This document shows positions 36,949-46,864 of a stretch of 46,864 bases of DNA, piece by piece (positions within the stretch are counted from its first letter, which is position 1; each line of letters begins with the position of its first letter). The notes beneath the pieces were generated by a model that did no database searches, was not told the DNA's origin, and worked only from the letters and a program-made list of their open reading frames with translations. Both the position numbers and the translations under genes were made by a program. This DNA is from Coniocarpon cinnabarinum (lineage: Eukaryota): contig JAVECO010000176.1 of NCBI GenBank assembly GCA_051942205.1, positions 1-46,864 on the forward strand, written 5' to 3'.

Positions 36949-38529
36949 ATGCCGCGTACCGCTCGATGGGCCCTGGTAGATGGTGCTTCACGCCCAACGT
37001 ATCGCCAGAGGCACCAGGATGATCTCGAGAGCGGGGTGCCAAAGGCTCGTGCCCCAAAACAGCGCTTCCACGATGCTGTCGGCAAGATTGTCCAGGATGG
37101 TCGGCGGGAGAGGATGAAACAAAAGCTGCTTGAAGGTATTGAGAGACATCAATTTGAAGGATACCGCAAGAGCGATGCCGAGCTCGACGGCATCAAGACC
37201 AAGTCTGTCAAGAACTTCTACAAGGCCCAAAATGCCAACCTGGATGAGGTGAGCCCACATCAACCATTCGCACACCTCTCACAGCTGACCCCCACCGCAG
37301 TGGCTCGAGGTTGATATGATCGTGAGGAGCATTGGAGATGATATTATCGACTCCTTTGACCCTCAAGATTCCGATGGAGATGGTGTACCTGATGGAGGAC
37401 CACTCCAGGCAAGCGGAGATGATGTTGCACCCTACCTTCCAGAGGAAGAGCGCGAGAAGCGGAGAAAGCAGCTCAAATACGCCAGATGGGCTATCAACAT
37501 CAATGGTGAGGACGGTTCCGGGGCTTTGCTACTTGCACGTCAACAACTGACTCTGTCACGCAGTCATTGCCAACATTGCCTTGCTCGCGGCCAAGCTGTT
37601 TGCGATCACTTTCTCCGATTCTTTGTCTCTCATCGCCTCGGCTGTGGACAGCGCCCTGGATCTCTTGTGTACCTTGATCATCTACACCACCAGCAAGCTT
37701 GTGCAGCGTCGCATCAAGTCTCTCAACAAGCGCTTCCCTGTGGGTCGCCGCCGTTTGGAGCCGCTTGGGATTCTAGTCTTCTCCATCATCATGATTGTTT
37801 CCTTTCTTCAAATCTTGCAGGAAAGTGTTGGGAAGTTGCTTCCCAGGGGTGATCATGAGGTCCCCGGGCTACCACCAACGGCTGTGTTTGCCATGATGAG
37901 CACGGTAAGTGACTCCAGAAGCTTGTCGATACCGATTTCTTGGTCTTACCCCTTCCCAGATCATTGTCAAAGGCATCATCGGCTTAGGATGTGTCCGGTT
38001 CGAAAGCTCTCAGGTACAGGCGCTGGTACAAGATTGCAAGACCGACGTCATCTTCAATACACTGTCGCTTCTGTTTCCATTCATTGGTTTGAAGGCCAAC
38101 ATCTGGTGGTTGGATGCGGTCGGTGCTGGGCTCTTGTCCCTGCACATCATCTACGACTGGGCTTCTACGTGTCTCGAGCAGGTGACGCATTTGACAGGTG
38201 TTGGAGCAGACGATAAAGAGTTGAAACGACTTTTGTATCTGGCATGGCGATTTAGTCCTGTGATTGAATCCTATAAGTCTATCACTGCGTATCATGCAGG
38301 AGACGGTATCTGGTGCGAGGTAGATTTGCTCATGGATGAGAAAACACCTTTGGAGCAAACGCACGACCTGAGTGAGACACTTCAGTACTGCTTGGAGGGT
38401 CTTCCTGAGATCGACAGGTCAGTGGGCTAACCCTCACGAGTCTCCGTCTATTGCTAACCCCCTTTCAGAGCCTTCGTGTCGGTGGACTATTGCACAGGTG
38501 GTCCGACAGGTCACAATGCACCAGACTGA
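36949..38529 (+). CDS. Cation diffusion facilitator (MTP/Mn-CDF-like) transporter
   Basis: SLSLIASAVDSALDLL, FPVGRRRLEPLGI, DCKTDVIFN, WWLDAVGA, AYHAGDG..EVDL, LEGLPEIDRAFVSVDY. Confidence 0.92.
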
Positions 38530-39161
38530 ATCAAGACCGTGCATTCGGACTCGGCACCCTCTGCTTTCACTGGCCACATACCACAACCCAATGTATAGAT
38601 TCATTCGACCTTGCAATAATCAAGAATTCGTAATTGTGTCTGCGATTTTTTCCGAGGAAAAAAAGGCAGCCTGCGTATTTGGCAGCCTGCTTGACATCTC
38701 TTTCCAAATGTATACATCTTGACATGTGCGAGAGTTGTGTCTTTGCCGTGGCTTCTCATGGTCATTCTTCACATAGTTCGTCCCTCCTGCGCTATCAGGC
38801 GGCATTTGCCCAGATGCAGTTGGCTTCACTCCTGTATGATCAACGTTCCCTGTAGATCCGGCCTGTAGTTGCAGCAAAGGAGCGCTTAAGAAGAACCTTG
38901 AGAAGAGAATTTAGACACTGCTGCAGTGAGTGATCCGGCGTTCGCCGACACCGCCTGGTGGTACTCTATAATCAAATGAGGGTTTTATGATGCTGCGGGA
39001 TAGACGGCGGTGACTGCAGGTTCGCATCATCGTTGCCAAATATTACACTTTCCCTCAACACATTTAGCGCCGAATTCTGAATGCTAGGTTCAATGCTCGC
39101 TAGCTCTATGAAAGTATATGTGTTCACTATTCACCACATCTTACGTGCAACATGCAAAGAC

Positions 39162-40993
39162 TCAGTATGTGAACCGCCAACGTATATCCACGTCTCCCTT
39201 GAAATCACTCGCGGTCCAATCGGCGACACTCTTCCTTTCCGCAGCCGCTTCCAACTCATCCCGTTTGCGGTTGACCCTCTTCAACATGACCCACAGAGTT
39301 GATACAACGACAATGTTCGCTGCCAAATAGGCCATTGCGAAAGAATGACCGAGGACGTAGTGAGGCGCGGTGTTCGTTCGATACAGCTGCGTCCCGAGCA
39401 CTGCACCCAAGTTGCCAACGCTTATCTGCATTGCGTTCGAGACAGCCCGCTTTGTTTGGCCAGACACGTTGGCCGCAGGCCATGACAGTGAGAGGGCGGT
39501 CGCGGGGTAGATCCCTGCTGCGGCGAAGAAGGTTCCCACATATGAGACCCCTGGGTGGTGCCTAAGGTCCCGGTTGGCCAAAAGAATGATGTAGCCAATG
39601 ATTCCAACGCAGGATGAACCGATGATATACGGCGCACGGAGATTGTGGCGTTCCGAAACCATGGCGGTGATGACAGTGAGAATGGTAGCGAGAGCGTAGG
39701 GAGGGACGGTGAGGAGTTGAGCTTCCGCTGCTTTGTATCCGAGGTCGGTAATGATACTGGGAAGAAAAAGACTCAGCGTGTACAGTGGTAGGCTCGTCGT
39801 GTGAAATGCCATGCAGTATAGCCAGCACTTTGGGTCAGAGAATGTGGAGAGAACATTCGACCAAGTGAAGCGCTCGTCGTTTGTAGCGTCTGAGTCTCGC
39901 TTGAGGCGCGTGTGAACCATGGACTTCTCATCGTCGCTAAGCCACCGCGCTGTATGTGGCCAATTCGTGATGAAGAGGTACGCTGTCGCAGCAATCACCA
40001 CAGTCGCCAGTCCTTCGATGATAAAGATCCAGCGCCAGCCATTCTGACCCCCTACGCCCTTCATGTGTGCGATACCCTTCCAAGAATTTTAGCATTGGGT
40101 GCCCTGGCTCTGTTTGGTGGCACTTACCCAAGCCAACACACCTCCGAACGCGCCGGCCAAAGAAGCGGCCGAGAAGAACAGGGAGATTCTATATTGTCGC
40201 TCTCGTCGCCTATACCACATGCTCAGGTACCACACCACTCCGGGGAAAAGCCCACTCTCGGTCACGCCTAGAAAGAAGCGAGCAGTGAAGAAGCCGGCCA
40301 AGTTCTGGCGCGCTTGAGGTTAGATACAGTCTGAGCAGAGACAAAGACGCGGACTAGCTGAATAAGAAACATGACTGAAGAGAGCGGTTCTCCTATGTGC
40401 AGCAGATAGCTACTGTTTGAGGACGAGTTTTCATACATTTTTTTGCCTGTTTGCTACATTTGCATTACAGTGTGAGTGGTTGCTAGACTCACTTGGACTA
40501 CCCCCGTCAAGGTCGCTACAATCCCCCAAATAATTGTCAAAGTTGGGAGCCAGAACTTAGGTGTTGTCTTCTTCAGAATGATATTGCATGGTATCTCAAA
40601 TAAGACGTAGCCAATGAAATAGCTATGGTTGTCAGCAAATGTAATTTCAGGATGGTCTGTCAAAGACGTTCCATACAGGGTTAGCCCCGTCAAATATTGG
40701 TTACCTGTATAAATATTCAGTAAAATAACGTCGTTTCTTTTAGAGGTCACATTATAATCACCTGTCATTTTCACATCCGTCACAAGCCCCTCAATGCGAG
40801 CATTGGCGACGTTGCTGCGGTCCAGGAAAGACAACAGGTAGAGTATGCAAGGCATAGGAAGCAGATGAGCATCCAACTTGGCGAGTAGCGTTTTCCTCGC
40901 ATGCGGACTCCCGTCGACGTCCCCAAGTTCTGCAGGCGACTCGACGCCCTCTTCGGACGACGTAGAGTCGCGCTGGTCCTTGAGGTCGGGCAT
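39162..40993 (-). CDS. MFS transporter, anion:cation symporter family (Dal5/Tna1-like)
   Basis: LSFLDRSNVANA, FEIPCNIILKK, RFFLGVTESGLFPG, GWRWIFIIEG, AQLLTVPPY, GQTKRA. Confidence 0.92.
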
Positions 40994-41756
40994 GACGAGA
41001 GCGTTACCGTATGGGAGGAAAATGGTCTTGCGTGCGACCTGAGAAGCAAAAAGTCAAGATGGACAAATAATCCCTGCTGTCTCGGCAGATATGAAGGGGC
41101 AGACATGGTTGACACATGGGCATCGATCGTTAGGCTGAATGACGTGCTTGTGGTTCGATCTTGGCCATTGCAGAGACCAATGGAGGTCTACGAGTCCAAC
41201 TCATTGGTGCCCATTTGCGATTCAGGCTCAAGAGCAGTAGCGAGAGATCAGCCGAGTCAGTGCCGTCAGTCTCCCGGAAGTATGAGGAGCATTCGTCAAG
41301 AGGCTCTGAAGTCCAAGGGCCGCACCGTGCTACGGTGGGATTCGCCGCCGTCTCAATCTTATTCTCGTCGTCCAGTATGCATGCAGACTAAATTCGTAGG
41401 ACTGTAAGGCCATGCCACAGAGGTCTCCCGTCGTGATAGTGTCTATCATGTGTTGCTCCGTCTGAGGCGTGACATTGTGTGCAGAGAAAGTTCCGGGTGC
41501 ACGGGCCACCTATCACGCCATTGCAGAGGGAGAGATCGCTATCGGCAACAAGAGGGACAGCGCTGGTGGGAGCAACTCGAGTCGACAGTGTGTTGCATTG
41601 GCAATCGTGCAGACGTCCACTCACAGCCGCGATGAGGGGTCGTGATGTATGTCATGCACAGTCGCGTGCCATGTGCCTTGAGCGTACTCCCACGAGACTT
41701 CACCTGCAGTCATCTTCGCCTGCCCTGAATCAAGGACCCCGATTCGACCACTCACT

Positions 41757-43039
41757 ATGGCTCCTGGCGTCCTGGCGACGCAGCCTCATGCACCTCACAC
41801 CCTGTCAGATCATGTCAAGAGCAACAGCAACGCCCCGAAGCTTGTATTTCCTGACGGGATAAGGACTTCAGGTCAGCTTGATCCTGATTACAGTCTTTTG
41901 CAACCATACGAGAGCTTTCCAAAGTGCATTGACGGTCCGACTGTGTGGACACGAGCGGACTACGTTGACCACCCACAGCGATGGGTTCATGTCTTCACAG
42001 CTGATGAGGTTGATGAGCTTGGAAGAGCTAGCGACACCTTCATCGCCTCTGGAACGCCTTTGACGGGCATCTCCAAGGACAACTTCTCTTTGCCGCATCT
42101 GGCCAAACGACTAGCATCACTGCGAAATGACTTACTGAACGGCAAAGGCTTCATCCTCTTCAAGGGCTTTCCAGTGCTCCAATGGGGCCTTCACAAGTCT
42201 GCCGTAGGGTACATGGGTCTGGGCACCTACCTCGGGTACTTTGTCTCCCAAAATGGACTGGGCCACGTACTCGGTCACGTCAAAGATGTGGGAGACGATG
42301 CTTCTCAAATCGACAAAATCCGTATCTATCGGACCAATGCGCGACAGTTCTTCCATGCTGATGACGCTGACCTCGTTGGACTCCTGTGTGTCCACCGTGC
42401 ACTTAAGGGTGGCGAGAGTGATCTCGTTTCGAGCCATCGAGTCTGGAATGTTCTCCAGCATGAAAGACCAGATGTCGCAAAGCTGCTAACCGAGCCGATC
42501 TGGTATTTCGACCGAAAGGGTGAGGTGAGTGCCGGTCAGCAGCAATGGATCAAAACAAGTGTGTTTTACAAGGAGGTGGCCAAAAACGGCCGTGTATATT
42601 CCAAATGGGACCCGTACTTTGTGAAGTCATTGTCGCGTTTCTCTGACAAGGGTAAGTTGCCCCTGACATTCCAAGCACGTGGTGGTTTGGTTGAGCCTCT
42701 ATCACTCATGCGTTGTTTTCAGGTCTAGTCCCAGCATTATCGCCCGCACAGCAAGATGCGGCGCAAGTACTCGAGGAGATTTGTGCTCGTGAGGCGTTAC
42801 ATATGGTGCTCGAGGTTGGCGACATTCAATTCTTGAGCAATGCACACGTCTTTCACGCTCGGACAGCGTATCGAGACTACCCGCCGCCTGAGCCACGAAG
42901 GCACCTGATGAGGTTGTGGCTGGCTACGCCTGCAAGTGAGGGGGGATGGAGCTTGCCTTTCGCTGACAATGATGAGAAAAAGCGTGGCGGGATCCAAGTC
43001 AATGACAAAGCACCAGTGGCACCCTTGGACGCAGAGTGA
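41757..43039 (+). CDS. TauD/TfdA (clavaminate synthase-like) Fe(II)/2-oxoglutarate dioxygenase
   Basis: QNGLGHVLGHVKD, FHADDADLVGLLC (HxD), GDIQFLSNAHVFHAR, RHLMRLWL. One intron (~42652-42722). Confidence 0.92.
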
Positions 43040-43248
43040 GGGATCTATGCTATTGTCAGGCATAGGCGAAACTTATGTAGGTGCACGGGTAACTTGCCGA
43101 AAGCATACATTGACGCACCCTGCCATCAAACGCATACAGGTCTTGCCAAGCTTTGTTTCATCTTGCCTCAGAAGTACTTCCTTGAGCTTTAATTCTTCCC
43201 TTTCCTATCACTCACATCCCCTCGAGTCTCTTGTCCATCCAGCCCACC

Positions 43249-44464
43249 ATGAGTCGTGGAGGCGGAACAACGCTCTATGTCACTGGCTTCAGTCAGGGCA
43301 CCAGAGCTCGAGACCTCGCCTACGAATTGTAAGTCTATCGACGTGAGACGCGTCCTCCATGTCAATACGCTGACTCTCAATCTGCAGCGAGAGGTATGCC
43401 ACCACGTAGCCGACTCGTCCGAGCCCTCCGTTGCCCTCCCCATCAATGTCACGATTCAAATTACCGCACATCACGCCCGCGATCGAGCGACCGGCCTCTT
43501 CCCCGTGCCTCGTCCCTCTTTCAGCAACCCCTGCAAAACCCTCGACTTCGAACCGTTCCCGCGCCCGATCCTGCCTTCGTCGTCCCCACATGTTGCTCGC
43601 CGTGCTCGACGCTTGTCGTCAGTATTTTGGACAAATCTTGGGCTGGAAATATAATGGTCTGACTCGCTCTTGAAGCTTCGGACGCCTGGTCCGATGTGAC
43701 ATTCCTATGCCACGAACTCCGTCCAGTCGACTGTAAGTCAGAAATACGCCGGTCGCCACAACAAATGGCTCAAAGACGTGCTAGGTTTGCCTTTGTGGAA
43801 TACGAAAGCCGACGTGACGCAGACGATGCATACTACGATCTTCACAACAAGCGCATTGGTCCAGATGGACAGGACCGCTTAAAGATTGAGGTTTGATCTT
43901 TTCACGGCCCAGCTGACCTCCATTATTGACTTCGGCCACAGTGGGCGCGCACGCCACCCTCGGCGCATTGGCGTTATGACGCCGGTGATCGACGCCGGCC
44001 TCCACCGCGTTCCCCACCCCGTCGCCGTGGCGGTTCTCGATCCCCTCCTCCTCGTTCCTCCCGTGGCTACTCTCCCCGACGTGACCGTGACGATCGTCGC
44101 GAACGAGACTACGATGACCGACGTGACCGTGGACGTGAACGCAGCCGCAGTCCTGACGACCGCGATCGTTCTGGCCGGGACCGCAACCGGAAAGACAGCC
44201 GAGACCATGACCGCGAGGAGGGCCACGACCGCGATGACCGACGCGATGACCCCATGGATCGAGATCAGAAAGGTACTTACATCCACCCCGACCGCGTTCC
44301 CATGATGCAAGCAGAAGAGTCCCCAGCAAAATATGCCAAGACAGAAGATGTTTCCGCGTCCACCCTCGCGCACCGCCCTCTCCAAACCTCTCACGAATAG
44401 AAGCTGATTCATCCAAGACTCTCCACGCCCTGCCGCTGAAGATGACTTGGACACTGCCGAATAG
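43249..44464 (+). CDS. SR-type pre-mRNA splicing factor (single RRM + RS/RD-rich tail, Srp1-like)
   Basis: MSRGGGTTLYVTGF..RARDLAYEF-ES-FGRLVRCDIP..FAFVEYESRRDADDAYY..LKIEWARTPP followed by RSP/RD repeats. Includes a 6-nt microexon at 43388-43393. Confidence 0.9.
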
Positions 44465-45187
44465 GACCATTGTCCTATTGTGCCAAGATGTGGACTTGAA
44501 GAGGAGACCCACACTGGTCTGACCGTGTGGCATTTCCAGGAGCAACTAATCGGCCACGGGTGGTATTCGTAGTCTGTATTGAGCTAAGTCACTCGTGACC
44601 ATTGGCTACTATCTGGTGGTGTGTGGCTACGACACCGCAGCGACTCGATCGATGGCGACCACGTTCTTACAAAAAGTGTATACTATTCTCATCGTGCGTA
44701 ATTAGAACGACGAGGCCTCAAGGCTGTTTCGAAGCCACCGATCCCATCTTTCTGTCGTAAGTGGGAATTTCACCTCTTCTCCGAAGCTGTATAGCCCACT
44801 CTCTTCCACACATGACCGGTCGCAAACTCTGGCGTTCCCCTAACATGGCATGCTGAAGGTAGGCTACGATTTCAACTACGCCAGATTATACTGGAAACTG
44901 ACCGACTGAGGGTATAACATTCTCAAAATACATCGCGGTGTCGTACCACGTACCATTTCCTCGCTCTGCTTTGCTTTCGCTTCCTTTGTCTCGCCCGGCT
45001 ATCTCACCTTTCTTCTTCAAATCAATTGCTCCCTTTTCAACGTCCTACCCTCGAAGTTCAATGCTCGTATTCAAGACTTTTCCCATGCTCTTGCTCTATC
45101 GCCGCCCCGTCTCTGGCTCTGGCTCTTGCCGCCACCTTCACGCCTCGATGTCTCATTGTCTAGGTGCTGATCGCTTGCTCATACATG

Positions 45188-46864
45188 TCACCTCGACTGC
45201 ATCCCCACATACTGTCCCGCGACAGTCTTCCTCACGCCTCGGACCGGCCTCCAAGACCCGCCGGCGTGACCGCTCTCATCCGCAAATGGATTACTCGCGC
45301 TAGACTCCAGCCTCGATAGGCCCAATTCTCCCTCTTTCGGTTCTGCTGCTCCAGTTGGCGGCTGAATCTCCCACCGCGCCTCGATTCGTCCCGGTTTGCC
45401 CTGCTCTTCCGTCACGAACCGCGCCAAAGCCTTCTGACTGCCGTTCGCAGAGAGCTTGAGTTCCTCGAATCGCCAGTAGATCATGGTCTTTTCACGGGAA
45501 AAAGTGCCTGCGGGCTTGCTTTGGCAGCTCGTCGCCTTGGCGCCCTCTAGGAAGAGCGCCAGAACGACGTTCTGCAGCGTGATTTCGCCAGAGGCGATGC
45601 CAGTGTACGCCGAATTGAGACCATAGGTCACGATGACGGAGGTTTGAGTAGGCTCACATTTCCAGGAAGGGAGGAGGTTCAATGGCGCGTGACGATTGAG
45701 AAGAAGTGAGGGATTGGATGGGTCAGTGTGTAGTTGATATTTGAATGCCACCGAGGGGCGGGCCGAGAGAGAAGACAGATCGACAGTATACTCGCCCTTA
45801 CGATCCGAAGAGGACTGGCCAATATCTGTGACAAAAGCAGGATTTGGCGCAACTTTCTCCAGGATGGGAAAATTGTCCAGACGGACAGTCTCTCGATTTT
45901 GTTGTGAGGCAGTGGTAGACGAAGGGTCAGGAGTGTGTGTCAAGGCGAGCTCTCCAACTACCGAACCAGTCACAAGAGTGCCAGATTCGAGGGTGGCATT
46001 GACGCTCTCGATGATGGAGGAGTTGAGACCGGGCGTGTGTATATCGGGGTGGCGAATGGCACCTCCAGCGCCTGCTGCGGCCGAGGACAAAGAGCGACCA
46101 GAGCGAACGGACTGATTGTCAGAAGAGTTCCGATCGTCGCGATGAGGTCCTTGAGGGGCTGGAATGCTGGAAGAAGACAGTTGGGTTTGTATTGGAGGTG
46201 GCGCGAACGGAGTAGGCGCTGCTTGCATCATTTGCGCTGGAGGGGCGGCAGTGGCAGTGGGTGGCGCACGTCCTTCGAATACAGGCGCTTGGTCCGAGGG
46301 AATGAACACGGTGTTTCTAACATCGCGACGTCCCCTCAAGGTACCTGCACGTCTGGTGGGAGTTGGCGCTTGAGCACGTAATGTGTTTGCAAGACTGGCC
46401 ATGGCAGCACTGTTCGCAGCCGAGCTTTCTTCCGCGATCGGAGCGTTGCGGATAGAAAGGTTGAACGCTGCTTGTGATTGTTGCTGGCTAGACGTGTCTG
46501 ACATGTCCGAGTATCCTGCGCCAGCACCAGCCGCTGCAGCTTCCTGCTGTGCTGCAGTGATGGGATCAACATTCGGCTGGGACGAAGTTGATTCAATGGT
46601 GCCATTTGCTGTCATACCAGTCGGGCTTTCAACTTGCGGAGTTCTGGCGGATCGTGATTCAAATGCAGCGGTGTTTGATGGGACTAAAGGATCCGGTAAG
46701 CGTGGAGCGCCGTTTGTCATTGGCTGAGCACTGGATTGGTCAAGTTGAGCCAGCTCGCGTTGCGATTGCTTTCTGTCCATGCTCAACCCTGAAGCGGCGG
46801 TTGTCTGTCGAGCAGGGGTGGGTGAATAGTCGCGATCCTTGGCCGGAGGAGGAGGGGTGGGAAG
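45188..46864 (-). CDS. SYP1: Syp1/FCHo-type muniscin endocytic adaptor, C-terminal part with mu-homology domain (5' part outside window)
   Basis: TLRGRRDVRNTVF, GLNSSIIESV, GELAL, LDNFPILEKVAPN, AFKYQL, CQSKPAGTFSRE, GRIEARWE. The frame is open to the window edge. Confidence 0.85.
   Translation of the reverse strand, partial: LPTPPPPAKDRDYSPTPARQTTAASGLSMDRKQSQRELAQLDQSSAQPMTNGAPRLPDPLVPSNTAAFESRSARTPQVESPTGMTANGTIESTSSQPNVDPITAAQQEAAAAGAGAGYSDMSDTSSQQQSQAAFNLSIRNAPIAEESSAANSAAMASLANTLRAQAPTPTRRAGTLRGRRDVRNTVFIPSDQAPVFEGRAPPTATAAPPAQMMQAAPTPFAPPPIQTQLSSSSIPAPQGPHRDDRNSSDNQSVRSGRSLSSAAAGAGGAIRHPDIHTPGLNSSIIESVNATLESGTLVTGSVVGELALTHTPDPSSTTASQQNRETVRLDNFPILEKVAPNPAFVTDIGQSSSDRKGEYTVDLSSLSARPSVAFKYQLHTDPSNPSLLLNRHAPLNLLPSWKCEPTQTSVIVTYGLNSAYTGIASGEITLQNVVLALFLEGAKATSCQSKPAGTFSREKTMIYWRFEELKLSANGSQKALARFVTEEQGKPGRIEARWEIQPPTGAAEPKEGELGLSRLESSASNPFADESGHAGGSWRPVRGVRKTVAGQYVGMQSR

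Noticed and set aside
39162..43039. MFS and dioxygenase as members of the terpene cluster
   Set aside because: Separated from it by a pseudogene zone and three unrelated conserved genes; ACS-family MFS proteins are typically importers rather than toxin exporters.
43781..44545. 254-aa and 211-aa minus-strand ORFs
   Set aside because: Antisense shadows of the RS/RD-repeat region of the SR protein gene.

Overview
Ascomycete fungal genomic DNA (spliceosomal introns, RIP signature) in three zones. (1) 1-~6985 is an AT-rich, RIP-mutated repeat block. It holds the 3' two-thirds of a Ty3/Gypsy chromovirus (protease-RT-RNaseH-integrase-chromodomain in one frame, PPT, 3' LTR 5084-5579) followed by other degenerate repeat DNA. 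Between pol and the LTR lies an antisense, intron-containing gene relic with perfect Zn(II)2Cys6 spacing, and the LTR carries a ~18-bp-period CGG-containing array. (2) ~7016-30526 is a sesquiterpene (eremophilane/aristolochene-type) biosynthetic gene cluster: an aristolochene synthase-like cyclase (frameshifted by a 5-bp tandem duplication), a secreted FAD oxidoreductase, four P450s, two SDRs, a Zn2Cys6 regulator and two PTH11/SAT4-like rhodopsin-domain membrane proteins. A P450 pseudogene follows it. (3) ~33100-46864 holds apparently ordinary genes: an R/D-rich hypothetical protein, an auxin-efflux-carrier-like transporter, a CDF metal transporter, an ACS-family MFS transporter, a TauD-like dioxygenase, an SR-type RRM splicing factor and the 3' part of a Syp1/FCHo muniscin. 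Exon boundaries were read by eye; family calls come from recognised motifs, not database searches.
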